Source of the DNA: Nitrospirota bacterium
Lineage (GTDB): Bacteria; Nitrospirota; Thermodesulfovibrionia; Thermodesulfovibrionales; BMS3Bbin05
Assembly: GCA_020351835.1 (NCBI GenBank)
Contig: CP070669.1
Coordinates: 1,575,999-1,601,392 of the forward strand
Direction: 5' to 3'
Length of the DNA stretch: 25,394 nt
Below are positions 16,039-25,394 of the stretch, one piece after another; the first letter of the stretch is position 1; each line of letters begins with the position of its first letter. The position numbers were made by a program, and so were the translations under genes. Under the pieces are notes generated by a model. The model searched no databases and was not told the DNA's origin. It saw only the letters and a list, made by a program, of their open reading frames with translations.

Positions 16039-16134
16039 ATTGCGTTTTCTTTGGTAAGAGGGGTTCGTAAAGATCGGAAACCCTGTGTTTTATCTGGGAA
16101 AAGCTAGTTCAAAATAACTAATTGGAGGTTGCTC

Positions 16135-16788
16135 ATGAGACTCGTCTTACTTGGTGCGCCGGGTGCCGGGAAAGGTACACAGGCCAAGAAGCTTATTGAG
16201 AAATATCAGATCCCACAGATCTCTACAGGTGATATCCTCAGAAAGGCCGTCGCAGACGGAACTCCGCTTGGAAAAGAGGCTAAGTCATACATGGATAAGG
16301 GTGAGCTTGTACCGGATTCGGTCGTTATAGGGCTGGTCAAGGAGAGGCTTTCCCAGGACGATTGCACGAACGGTTATATACTGGACGGATTCCCGAGGAA
16401 CACTGCTCAGGCAGAGACACTTGATAGTGTGCTCGCAGACATGAACGCGTCACTGGACGTAGCACTTAGCGTGGATGTAGACATGGACATCCTTATGAAG
16501 AGGCTTACAGGAAGAAGGACATGCAAGTCATGCGGTCAGATGTTCAATGTGCATTTCTCTGCACCTAAGAAAGAAGGGATCTGCGATAAGTGTGACGGTG
16601 AGCTTTATCAGAGGGATGATGATCAGGAAGAGACGATCAAGAAGAGGCTTGATGTGTACGAGGAACAGACCGCTCCGTTGATAGATTATTATTCGAACAA
16701 GGGGATACTTACCAGTGTAAATGGTGTAGGCAATATGGAAGATATCTTTAAAGAAGTCATAGCGAAGCTTGACACGGTTACGAAATAA
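16135..16788 (+). CDS. adk: adenylate kinase with zinc-type LID
   Basis: [38 protein letters not shown] cysteines CKSCGQMFN...CDKCDG. SD GGAGG at 16124-16128 supports ATG 16135 rather than the TTG at 16129. Confidence 0.95.
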   Translation: MRLVLLGAPGAGKGTQAKKLIEKYQIPQISTGDILRKAVADGTPLGKEAKSYMDKGELVPDSVVIGLVKERLSQDDCTNGYILDGFPRNTAQAETLDSVLADMNASLDVALSVDVDMDILMKRLTGRRTCKSCGQMFNVHFSAPKKEGICDKCDGELYQRDDDQEETIKKRLDVYEEQTAPLIDYYSNKGILTSVNGVGNMEDIFKEVIAKLDTVTK

Positions 16789-16811
16789 ATAACCTTATTA
16801 AGGAGGAAGAG

Positions 16812-18023
16812 ATGGCATTAGTTAATCCGCATGGTAAGGACAAAAAGCTGAAACCTCTTATTCTCGAGGGAAGTGAGCTCGAGGCAGCGAAGAAGAAGGC
16901 TGAATCACTTAAGAAAGTACCTATGACCTCAAGGGAGACCGGTGACCTCATTATGTTAGGTATCGGCGGTTTTACCCCGCTTGAGGGTTTTATGGGATAC
17001 GAGGACTGGAAGGACGTATGTGACGACATGAAAACCTCGGATGGAACGTTCTGGCCTATCCCGATCACTCTGTCAGCCGACAAGGATCTCGCCGACAGCA
17101 TCAAAGAGCATGAGGAAGTAGCTCTTGTTGATGAGGAGAGTGGCGAGACCATGGGTATCATGACAGTACGTGAGAAGTACACAATAGACAAGGCTCATGA
17201 GTGCCAGCAGGTATTTACAACGACCGATATGGAACATCCGGGTGTCGCAAAGGTTATGGAACAGAAAGAGGTAAACCTGGCCGGTCCGGTGCAGGTCCTG
17301 AGCGAAGGTTCATTTCCGACAGAGTATAAAGGTATCTACATGACACCGGCGGAGTCAAGGAAGCTCTTCTCAGAAAAAGGCTGGTCGACAGTTGCAGCGT
17401 TCCAGACAAGAAATCCTATGCACCGTTCTCATGAGTATCTTGCAAAGATAGCCATCGAGATATGTGATGGTGTTTACATCCACATGCTCCTTGGTAAGCT
17501 AAAGGCGGGAGATATCCCGGCAGACGTAAGACAGAACGCTATTGATACACTTACCGAGAACTACTTCACAAAGGAAACAGTTTCAGTTGGCGGATATCCA
17601 CTCGATATGAGATATGCTGGCCCAAGAGAGGCGCTTTTGCATGCGGTGTTCAGGCAGAACTTCGGATGCAGCCACCTTATCGTAGGTCGTGACCATGCAG
17701 GTGTTGGTGACTACTACGGACCCTTCGATGCACATGAGATATTTGATAAGATCCCGGAAGGCGCACTCGAGACACAGCCGCTCAAGATCGATTGGACATT
17801 CTGGTGCCACAAATGTGATCAGATGGCATCAATGAAGACATGTCCGCATGGTAAGGATGACAGGCTCATACTAAGCGGTACAAAGCTAAGAAAAATGCTC
17901 TCAGAGGGCGAGGATGTATCAGAGAAGTTCAGTCGTCCCGAGGTTCTTAAGATCCTGAGGAATTACTATGAGGGTCTCACCGAAAAGGTCGAGATCAAGA
18001 TGCACAAGCATGCTGAAGGATAA
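16812..18023 (+). CDS. sat: sulfate adenylyltransferase (ATP sulfurylase), dissimilatory type
   Basis: 403 aa. [55 protein letters not shown]-like [10 protein letters not shown]. Confidence 0.96.
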   Translation: MALVNPHGKDKKLKPLILEGSELEAAKKKAESLKKVPMTSRETGDLIMLGIGGFTPLEGFMGYEDWKDVCDDMKTSDGTFWPIPITLSADKDLADSIKEHEEVALVDEESGETMGIMTVREKYTIDKAHECQQVFTTTDMEHPGVAKVMEQKEVNLAGPVQVLSEGSFPTEYKGIYMTPAESRKLFSEKGWSTVAAFQTRNPMHRSHEYLAKIAIEICDGVYIHMLLGKLKAGDIPADVRQNAIDTLTENYFTKETVSVGGYPLDMRYAGPREALLHAVFRQNFGCSHLIVGRDHAGVGDYYGPFDAHEIFDKIPEGALETQPLKIDWTFWCHKCDQMASMKTCPHGKDDRLILSGTKLRKMLSEGEDVSEKFSRPEVLKILRNYYEGLTEKVEIKMHKHAEG

Positions 18024-18115
18024 AGCAGGATTATGGGTTGCCATCATTTTGATGGCTGAGTTTTGCAAACAAGCGGCTTACTTTAGGTCGCAAACATCAA
18101 GAAGGAGGTATATGT

Positions 18116-18553
18116 ATGCCTAGTTATGTGATCACTGAAAAATGTGACGGCTGTAAAGGTCAGGAGAAGACAGCCTGTATGTACATCTGTCCTAATGACC
18201 TGATGAAGCTGGATCGCGACAGGATGAAGGCATGGAACCAGGAACCCGATCAGTGCTGGGAGTGCTACAACTGTGTTAAGATCTGCCCTCAGCAGTCAAT
18301 CGAGATCAGGGGTTACCAGGATTTCAATCCGCTCGGTGGAAATGTTATTCCTCTCAGGGGTACAGATTCCATTATGTGGACTATCAAGTTCAGGAACGGC
18401 GTTCTCAAGAGGTTCAAGTTCCCTATCAGGTCGACCGCTGAAGGTTCAGTAGATCCTTATGCAGGTAAGCCGGAAGCTGACCTCTCAAAGATCAAGCAGC
18501 CAGGTCATTTTACGCAGCAGGGTGCTGGCGTAGAGATGCCAACAATAAAGTAA
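18116..18553 (+). CDS. aprB: adenylylsulfate reductase subunit beta (2x[4Fe-4S])
   Basis: 145 aa. MPSYVITEKCDGCKGQEKTACMYICPNDLMKLD...CWECYNCVKICPQQSIEIRGY. Confidence 0.96.
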   Translation: MPSYVITEKCDGCKGQEKTACMYICPNDLMKLDRDRMKAWNQEPDQCWECYNCVKICPQQSIEIRGYQDFNPLGGNVIPLRGTDSIMWTIKFRNGVLKRFKFPIRSTAEGSVDPYAGKPEADLSKIKQPGHFTQQGAGVEMPTIK

Positions 18554-18572
18554 TAAAGGAGGTTTAAAAAAG

Positions 18573-20576
18573 ATGGAAAAAGAAACTTGCACATTTTCAT
18601 ATTGCGAGAAGCCCGAAGTTATCGAGCATGAAACTGATCTCCTTATCATTGGTGGCGGAATGTCAGCATGTGGTGCTGCTTTCGAGGCTACCAGGTGGGC
18701 CAAGGGTCAGAACATCAGGATAACGATGGTCGACAAGGCCGCAACGGACAGAAGTGGTGCTGTTGCAATGGGACTTTCCGCGATCAACACTTACATGGGT
18801 CAAAACGATCCGGCAGATTACGTAAGGTACGTCAGGAACGACCTTATGGGTATTATCAGGGAAGACCTCGTATACGACCTCGGAAGGCACGTTGATGATT
18901 CAGTTCATCACTTCGAGGAGTGGGGACTTCCGATCTGGAAAAAGGGAGATGAAGGATTCTCACTTGACGGTTTCCAGGCAAGGGATGCAGGAAAGCCGAT
19001 GCTTAAGGACGGTGGAACACCTGTCAATTCAGGCCGCTGGCAGATCATGATAAACGGTGAGTCTTACAAGGTCATCGTTGCTGAGGCTGCAAAAAAGGCT
19101 CTCGAGATAAACAGGCAGGAGACCGGAGTTGAAGAGAACCACTTTGAAAGGGTTTTCATTGTTAAGCTTTTCAAGGATGCTAACGTAGATAACCGTGTTG
19201 CTGCGGCAGCAGGTTTCAGTGTTCGCGAGAACAAGATCTATTTCTTTAAGGCAAAAGCTATGTTGCTTGGTGCCGGTGGTGCGGTTAACGTGTTCAGACC
19301 CAGGTCCAGTAAGGAAGGACAGGGGCGTGCATGGTACCCTGTTTGGAACTCAGGTTCCGGATACGCTCTCGGTATGCAGGTAGGTGCAGAGCTTACCCTT
19401 ATGGAGAACAGGTTCGTCCCGGCCCGTTTTAAGGATGGTTACGGTCCTGTTGGTGCATGGTTCCTCTTCTTCAAGGCGAAAGCCACGAACAGCCTTGGTG
19501 AGGACTACTGTGCTAATGAAGAGGCACTGGCAGAAGCAAAGGCCAAGTATGGCTCTTATGTAGATAAGCTCGGTACAGCAATCAGGAACCACCTGATGAT
19601 GAGGGACATGAAGCTCGGTAAGGGCCCGATCCTTATGAGGACCGACCAGGCTATGGATGCGATCAGTAAGGAAATGATCGAGAAACTTGGTGAAAAAGAA
19701 GGAAAGAAGAAGATCAAGCACCTTGAAGCAGAGGCATGGGAAGACTTCCTTGATATGTGTATCGGCCAGGCCGGTCTCTGGGCATGTGATAACGTTGAGC
19801 CAGATAAGGTTCCGTCCGAGATCATGCCGACAGAGCCTTATATCCTAGGTTCCCACGCTGGTTGCGCTGGATTCTGGGTAAGCGGGCCTGACGATCTCGG
19901 CGCTCCTGTTGAGTGGCACTGGGGCTACAACAGGATGTCGACCGTTACCGGTCTCTTCATGATGGGTGACATCTGCGGAGCATCAGGTCACAAGTTCTCT
20001 TCCGGCTCGCACGCAGAGGGCAGGATAGCCGGTAAAGCAGGTATAGCATTCATCCTTGATAACAAGGATTATTCACCTGCCATCAAGGAGTCGATGGATG
20101 ACATATCAGCTGAGCTCTACCTCCCATACGAGATGTACGAGAAGTACAAGAACTTTACGACCGATCCTAAGATGAACCCACACTACATCAAGCCTGACCT
20201 TCTCCAGACCAGGCTCCAGAAGATAGCTGACGAGTACTTCGGCGGCTGCTCAACATGGTACATGACTTCCAAGACCATGCTCGAGACGGGTCTCAAGAAG
20301 CTCGAAGTTCTTAAAGAGGATGCAGCTAAGCTTGCTGCCGCTGATCTTCATGAGCTGATGAGATGCTGGGAGAACTATCACAGGGTTCTTTCTCTCGAGG
20401 CACATGCACGTCATATCCACTTCAGGGAAGAGTCCAGGTATCCTGGATACTACTACAGAGGTGATTTTGACAAGATCGATGATGAGAACTGGAAGTGCTT
20501 TACAAACTCGGTCTACAATGCAGAAGACCTCACCTGGGAAATGAAAAAGGTTCCTTACGTACAGCTTGTAGACTAA
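18573..20576 (+). CDS. aprA: adenylylsulfate reductase subunit alpha (FAD)
   Basis: 667 aa. LLIIGGGMSACGAAFEA, MGLSAINTYMG, FSSGSHAEGRIAGKAG, RYPGYYYRGDF; immediately follows aprB. Confidence 0.96.
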   Translation: MEKETCTFSYCEKPEVIEHETDLLIIGGGMSACGAAFEATRWAKGQNIRITMVDKAATDRSGAVAMGLSAINTYMGQNDPADYVRYVRNDLMGIIREDLVYDLGRHVDDSVHHFEEWGLPIWKKGDEGFSLDGFQARDAGKPMLKDGGTPVNSGRWQIMINGESYKVIVAEAAKKALEINRQETGVEENHFERVFIVKLFKDANVDNRVAAAAGFSVRENKIYFFKAKAMLLGAGGAVNVFRPRSSKEGQGRAWYPVWNSGSGYALGMQVGAELTLMENRFVPARFKDGYGPVGAWFLFFKAKATNSLGEDYCANEEALAEAKAKYGSYVDKLGTAIRNHLMMRDMKLGKGPILMRTDQAMDAISKEMIEKLGEKEGKKKIKHLEAEAWEDFLDMCIGQAGLWACDNVEPDKVPSEIMPTEPYILGSHAGCAGFWVSGPDDLGAPVEWHWGYNRMSTVTGLFMMGDICGASGHKFSSGSHAEGRIAGKAGIAFILDNKDYSPAIKESMDDISAELYLPYEMYEKYKNFTTDPKMNPHYIKPDLLQTRLQKIADEYFGGCSTWYMTSKTMLETGLKKLEVLKEDAAKLAAADLHELMRCWENYHRVLSLEAHARHIHFREESRYPGYYYRGDFDKIDDENWKCFTNSVYNAEDLTWEMKKVPYVQLVD

Positions 20577-20591
20577 TTATAGCTTCAAATT

Positions 20592-20618
20592 GGATGGGCA
20601 GGTCATTCCTGCCCATCC
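20592..20618 (+). other. strong intercistronic hairpin between aprA and qmoA
   Basis: GGATGGGCAGG (20592-20602) - TCATT - CCTGCCCATCC (20608-20618), perfect 11-bp stem followed by AAAAAAATTTTG. Confidence 0.6.
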
Positions 20619-20703
20619 AAAAAAATTTTGCTTTGAGCCTTCAGGTCTGAAGATCTTTAAACGATAATCAGGCTTGAATCTTCAAAGCGAACGGAGGAAA
20701 AAC

Positions 20704-21960
20704 ATGGCTGAAAACAAGGATATTCTTGTAATCGGAGGCGGAATTAGCGGTCTTACTACAGCTATTGAGGCAGCCGAAGCCGGATACAATGCGACTATAG
20801 TAGAGCGCAATCCGTATCTGGGTGGACGTGTCGCACAGCTGTTCAAGTATTTCCCAAAGCTCTGTCCTCCCTATTGTGGTTTAGAGATAAACTTCAAGAG
20901 GATCAAGACAAACCCCAGGATAACGTTCTATACAGGGGCAGAGGTAGAGAACATCGGCGGCAACGAAGGTGATTTCACAGCTTCTGTAAAGGTCAACGCA
21001 AGGAAGGTAAATGAGAAATGCACAGCATGCAATGCGTGCGTAGAGGCATGTCCCGTTGAAAGACCGAACGATTTTAATTTCGGTATGGACACGACCAAAG
21101 CTATATATCTTCCGCATGATCTGGCGTTCCCGATGAGATACGTTATAGACAGCAGTGTCTGCAAGGGGTCGGAATGCAACAAGTGTAAGGAAGCATGTAA
21201 GTACGATGCAATAGACCTGGACATGCAGGATAAGGCGGTCGAGATCAATGTCGGCAGTATAGTGACTGCAACCGGATGGAACCCTTATGATGCGACCAAG
21301 ATGGATAACCTTGGTTTTGGAAAAATCAAAGATGTCGTTACCAATATGATGATGGAAAGGCTGTCAGCACCTAACGGTCCTACAAAGGGTGCTATCAAGA
21401 GACCGTCTGACGGAAAGGATGTTCAGAGCATAGCCTTTGTTCAGTGTGCAGGCTCAAGGGATGAGAACCATCTGCCCTATTGTTCTGCGATATGCTGCAT
21501 GGCATCTCTGAAACAGGCTACATATATAAGAGAAAAGAACCCTGAATCGGATGTCTATATCTTCTATATAGATCTCCGGGCACCGGGCAAGTATGAGGAT
21601 TTCCTCAACAAGATAGATGCTGATGAAAAGGTAAAGCTGATCAAGGGAAAGGTCGCCAAGATCGAGCAGGATGGTGACGGAGTAGTTGTAACTGCTGAGG
21701 ATGTTATAGGCGGCGGCAAGATCAACCAGAAGGTAGACATGGTCGTACTGGCAGCGGGAATGGAATCAGCACTTAAGGGAAGCAACCTCTTGTCCACAAT
21801 TAAGACAGAGGAGAGTGATTTTGCAGTGTCAGAAGGTCAGACTGAAGGCATATACGCTGCCGGTGTAGCAAGCAGACCGAACGATGTTACAACCTCGGTC
21901 CAGGGGGCTACCGGCGCCGCGTTGAAAGGCATACAGAGTCTGGTGAGGAGGTCTGAATAA
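20704..21960 (+). CDS. qmoA: quinone-interacting membrane-bound oxidoreductase subunit A (HdrA-like flavoprotein)
   Basis: MAENKDILVIGGGISGLTTAIEAAEAGYNATIVERNPYLGGRVAQLFKYFPKLCPPYCG. Likely start ATG 20704 with SD ACGGAGG, rather than 20674. Confidence 0.93.
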   Translation: MAENKDILVIGGGISGLTTAIEAAEAGYNATIVERNPYLGGRVAQLFKYFPKLCPPYCGLEINFKRIKTNPRITFYTGAEVENIGGNEGDFTASVKVNARKVNEKCTACNACVEACPVERPNDFNFGMDTTKAIYLPHDLAFPMRYVIDSSVCKGSECNKCKEACKYDAIDLDMQDKAVEINVGSIVTATGWNPYDATKMDNLGFGKIKDVVTNMMMERLSAPNGPTKGAIKRPSDGKDVQSIAFVQCAGSRDENHLPYCSAICCMASLKQATYIREKNPESDVYIFYIDLRAPGKYEDFLNKIDADEKVKLIKGKVAKIEQDGDGVVVTAEDVIGGGKINQKVDMVVLAAGMESALKGSNLLSTIKTEESDFAVSEGQTEGIYAAGVASRPNDVTTSVQGATGAALKGIQSLVRRSE

Positions 21961-24198
21961 ATGAGCGAATCTAAATTAGGTCTATATATATGTACAGATT
22001 GCGGGATCGGTGATTCTCTGAACGTAGAAGATTTGCAGAACGCAGGCAAGGCAAAGGGTGCGGCCGTTATTAAGACCAATCCCTTTTTATGCAGCCAGGA
22101 GGGAGTGCAGGTCATCAAGGATGACATCAATAATGAGGGTGTCAATAAGATCGTTATAGCTGCATGTTCCCAGAGAGTTAACACAGATGCGTTTGAGTTC
22201 GATCCTCTGAAATATGTTGTAGAAAGGGTCAACCTGAGGGAACACGTTGTATGGTGCCAGCCACCAAACACCGATGAGACCCAGGCAATGGGTGAGGACT
22301 ATATAAGGCTCGGTGTCGTAAGGGCTATGAAGTCAGAGTGCCCGGTGCCGAAGATAACTGATATCAACAGGGACATCCTTGTTGTAGGTGGCGGAGTTAC
22401 GGGCCTGACTGCTGCCCTGGAAGCGGCTAAAGCTGGATCAAAGGTGATCCTTACAGAGAAACAGGCAGAGCTTGGCGGATGGGCTAGGAAGATGCATAAG
22501 GTCACGCCGACGAAGCCGCCGTTCACTGAACTGGAAAAGCCGGTGATCGGCAATAAGATCGACGAGGTTAATGCAAACGACAATATAAAGGTCTATACCG
22601 GAACAACAATAAAGAGCATAGCTGGAGAGCCCGGTATGTACAAGGCTACTCTCGATGTTAATGGCTCGGAAGAGACAGTGGAGATGGGAGCGGTGATCCT
22701 TGCCACAGGCTGGCAGCCTTACGACGCGGCCAAACTTGATAACTACGGCTATGGGAAGATCAAGAATGTCATTACGAACGTTGAGATGGAAGAGCTTGCC
22801 GCAAAGGGCAAGTTAGTAAGACCGTCCGACGGCAAAGATGCAAAGAGCGTAGTGTTCATTCAGTGTGCCGGACAGAGGGATGATAAGCATGTCCCGTACT
22901 GTTCATCAGTATGTTGTAATGTATCTCTCAAGCAGGCCATGTATGTAAGAGAGTCCAACCCTGACGCAGGTGCTTATATCATATACAAGGATATGAGGAC
23001 CCCGGGACTATATGAGAACTTCTACAAGGCAGCTCAGGATGATGAAGGCATATTTCTGGCAAAGGGTGAGTTCCTTGGCGTAGAAGAGGCCGGTGACGGC
23101 AGTGTATTGGTTGAGGTAGATAACCAGCTGCTTGGAAAGAAGGTGAAGATACAGGCCGATATCGTTGTACTTGCAACCGGTATGGTAACAAGCCTGATGC
23201 CGGAAGGTTTTGATGTTAACAACCTTACACCTGAGTATGTAGGGAATATTGTCAGGAAAGAGACCCAGGACGGTGTTATAGAGGAAATAGAAGCAGTACC
23301 TACAACACTTAATCTGGCTTACAGGCAGGGCCCGGAGATGCCGCACCTTAACTACGGTTTCCCGGACTCACATTTTATATGTTTCCCTTATGAGACCAGA
23401 AGGACCGGCATTTATGCTGCAGGAGCCGTTAGACATCCTATGGATTCGGTTCAGTCGGCTGCAGACGCCGCAGGTGCTGCACTAAAGGCGATACAGTGTC
23501 TTGAGCTCACGGCGCAGGGAAAGGCAGTTCATCCCAGATCTGGAGATCAAACATTCCCCGAGTTCAGGCTGGAGTCCTGTACACAGTGCAGGAGATGTAC
23601 GGTAGAGTGCCCGTTCGGGGTACTTGATGAAGATGAGAAGGGAACTCCCAAGGAGCATCCTTATCGTTGCCGCCGTTGCGGTACCTGTATGGGAGCATGC
23701 CCCCAGAGGATAATCAACTTCAAGAACTACAGTATCGATATGATCTCATCGATGATGAAGTCGGTCGAGATCGATGACGAAAGTGAAGAGCCGTTCATAA
23801 TCGGTCTCATTTGTGAGAACGATGCATATCCGGCGCTCGATATGGCAGGACAGAACAGGATACAGTACAGCCCTAACTTCAGGTTCATAACACTCAGGTG
23901 TCTTGGCGGTACTAACCTGGTATGGGTTGCCGATGCTCTGTCCAAGGGTGTTGACGGCATATTGTTGATCGGTTGTAAGTATGGAGATGACTACCAGTGT
24001 CACTTTGTTAAGGGAAGTCAGATGGCAAACGAGAGGCTTGGAAAGGTCCAGGAAACGCTGGACAGACTGATGCTGGAATCTGACAGGATACAGCAGGTTC
24101 AACTCGGAATAAACGAGTGGGACAAGCTTCCGGAGATACTTAACGAGTTCTCTGATGAACTTAAGGACCTCGGACCTAACCCTTATAAAGGATTCTAG
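21961..24198 (+). CDS. qmoB: quinone-interacting membrane-bound oxidoreductase subunit B (HdrA-like flavoprotein fused to MvhD-like domain)
   Basis: 745 aa. VVGGGVTGLTAALEAAKAG, ferredoxin motifs CTQCRRCTVECPFGVL and CRRCGTCMGACPQR, C-terminal ITLRCLGGTNLVWVADALSKGVDGILLIGCKYGDDYQCHFVKGS. Confidence 0.94.
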   Translation: MSESKLGLYICTDCGIGDSLNVEDLQNAGKAKGAAVIKTNPFLCSQEGVQVIKDDINNEGVNKIVIAACSQRVNTDAFEFDPLKYVVERVNLREHVVWCQPPNTDETQAMGEDYIRLGVVRAMKSECPVPKITDINRDILVVGGGVTGLTAALEAAKAGSKVILTEKQAELGGWARKMHKVTPTKPPFTELEKPVIGNKIDEVNANDNIKVYTGTTIKSIAGEPGMYKATLDVNGSEETVEMGAVILATGWQPYDAAKLDNYGYGKIKNVITNVEMEELAAKGKLVRPSDGKDAKSVVFIQCAGQRDDKHVPYCSSVCCNVSLKQAMYVRESNPDAGAYIIYKDMRTPGLYENFYKAAQDDEGIFLAKGEFLGVEEAGDGSVLVEVDNQLLGKKVKIQADIVVLATGMVTSLMPEGFDVNNLTPEYVGNIVRKETQDGVIEEIEAVPTTLNLAYRQGPEMPHLNYGFPDSHFICFPYETRRTGIYAAGAVRHPMDSVQSAADAAGAALKAIQCLELTAQGKAVHPRSGDQTFPEFRLESCTQCRRCTVECPFGVLDEDEKGTPKEHPYRCRRCGTCMGACPQRIINFKNYSIDMISSMMKSVEIDDESEEPFIIGLICENDAYPALDMAGQNRIQYSPNFRFITLRCLGGTNLVWVADALSKGVDGILLIGCKYGDDYQCHFVKGSQMANERLGKVQETLDRLMLESDRIQQVQLGINEWDKLPEILNEFSDELKDLGPNPYKGF

Positions 24199-24238
24199 GT
24201 ATTGTGAAAATAATTAACCTTTTATCGGAGGTATAAAT

Positions 24239-25348
24239 ATGGCTGAAGAAACAATAATAACTCCTGATCTGAATTTTGTCAGGTCATTGAAAGGAGCAGG
24301 AGCCGAGACGCTGAAAAAGTGTTACCAGTGTGCAACGTGCTCTGTTGTATGCCCGATCTCGCCGGATGACAAACCTTTCCCTCGTAAGGAGATGGTGATG
24401 GCGCAGTGGGGTATGAAGCAGGAGCTGGCGGCCGATCCGGATGTATGGCTATGCCATAACTGCAATGATTGCTCCAAGTACTGCCCCAGAGGAGCAAGGC
24501 CTGGAGACGTGCTGAGCGTAATGAGGCAGAAGGCTATTGAAGAGAACGCGGTACCGGGATTCATGGGAAAGATAGTCAGGAACCCGTTCCTTGCTCTGCT
24601 GATCCCGATAATCCTGTTCCTTGCGGTGCTTGGCTCCACCGGTCACCTGAAGGCGCCTGGTGAGGGTGCAATTGAGTATTCGAACTTCATGCCGGTAACC
24701 TACATCGAGATCATATTCATGTCAGCGGTAGGTCTGGCCGGAATTACATATCTGGTGAGCCTTATGAAGTTCTGGAAGACGATGGGGTCAAACGGTGCTG
24801 CAACGTCAAAGGGTTTTGTCCCTTCGCTGATAGCAACACTGGTTGAGCTTATCTCACATAAGCGTTTTGCCAAGTGTGAGGCAAACGGTGACAGAAGGAT
24901 AGGGCATCTGCTGGTGCTGTATGCATTTATCGGTCTTGCTATAACGACTATATGGATCACTTACTACTATTATGTGCCTCACATCGAGACGCACATACCG
25001 CTTAGTGACCCTATGAAATGGCTTGGTAATGGTAGCGCCGCAGCGCTGATCATCGGTTCTCTGATACTTGTAGCTAACAGGATGAAGGATAAGGGGATAG
25101 ACACCATAAGTTCTTCCTTTGACTGGACTTTCCTTATCATGATAGTACTGCTTGCCATATCGGGTATTGCCACCGAAGCAGTAAGGCTGGCGGGGATCAA
25201 GTCAATTGCTTATCCGGTCTACTTTGTTCATCTTGTGTTTGTTTTCTATACGATCGTCTATTTCCCGTATTCCAAGCTTGCTCATATGGGATACAGGGCA
25301 TTGGCTATAACCTATGCAAAGATGGCTGACAGAGATGTTCAGCTGTAG
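24239..25348 (+). CDS. qmoC: quinone-interacting membrane-bound oxidoreductase subunit C (HdrC/HdrE-like)
   Basis: 369 aa. KCYQCATCSVVCPISPD, CHNCNDCSKYCPRGARPGDV, then a multi-TM cytochrome-like domain. Confidence 0.94.
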   Translation: MAEETIITPDLNFVRSLKGAGAETLKKCYQCATCSVVCPISPDDKPFPRKEMVMAQWGMKQELAADPDVWLCHNCNDCSKYCPRGARPGDVLSVMRQKAIEENAVPGFMGKIVRNPFLALLIPIILFLAVLGSTGHLKAPGEGAIEYSNFMPVTYIEIIFMSAVGLAGITYLVSLMKFWKTMGSNGAATSKGFVPSLIATLVELISHKRFAKCEANGDRRIGHLLVLYAFIGLAITTIWITYYYYVPHIETHIPLSDPMKWLGNGSAAALIIGSLILVANRMKDKGIDTISSSFDWTFLIMIVLLAISGIATEAVRLAGIKSIAYPVYFVHLVFVFYTIVYFPYSKLAHMGYRALAITYAKMADRDVQL

Positions 25349-25360
25349 CCGGGAGGTTCA

Positions 25361-25394
25361 ATGAAAGTTAAGGACCTGTTAAAAGAAAAAGGTA
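25361..25394 (+). CDS. start of an unidentified gene truncated by the window end
   Basis: SD GGGAGG before ATG 25361; reads MKVKDLLKEKG. Confidence 0.4.
   Translation, partial: MKVKDLLKEKG

Noticed and set aside
16778-17191. Minus-strand ORF across the adk/sat junction
   Set aside because: Antisense to sat with no domain-like features.
18663-19825. Long minus-strand and alternative-frame ORFs inside aprA (18663-18890, 18668-18895, 19350-19721, 19556-19825)
   Set aside because: These are codon-bias shadows of a highly conserved gene.
21564-24639. Minus-strand ORFs within qmoA, qmoB and qmoC
   Set aside because: Antisense shadows of qmo genes.
1-25394. CRISPR arrays, rRNA, tRNA, transposases or phage genes
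   Set aside because: I looked for regularly spaced repeats, transposase motifs and RNA gene signatures and saw none by eye; a computational scan would be needed to exclude small RNAs.

Overview
The window resembles a genome segment from a dissimilatory sulfate reducer. From left to right it contains: the 5' end of a minus-strand ileS; a small UGA-containing (selenocysteine) RiPP-like precursor that the ORF track misses, followed by a radical SAM/SPASM maturase (selenobiotic/SbtA-SbtM type); an eight-gene Mrp/Mbh-like cation/proton antiporter operon; two TauE/SafE permeases flanking a small membrane protein; a convergent ankyrin-repeat protein; two stand-alone Na+/H+ antiporters (CPA2/Kef type and NhaA); and adk-sat-aprBA-qmoABC, the sulfate activation and APS reduction cluster with its electron-transfer complex. 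The most interesting item is the precursor at 301-513. Reading through in-frame TGA codons gives MDLKELKKILSGLGLAGLIAGASLMAAGCASTGASG-U-GADKAPPAKSG-U-SGSSGAGSTDNPEGKSG-U-S-(TGA)-S-TAA. A perfect 17-nt stem-loop with an AGGTA loop begins exactly 11 nt after the second TGA, which is the geometry of the E. coli fdhF SECIS upper stem. All family names are from memory of known families; no searches were run.
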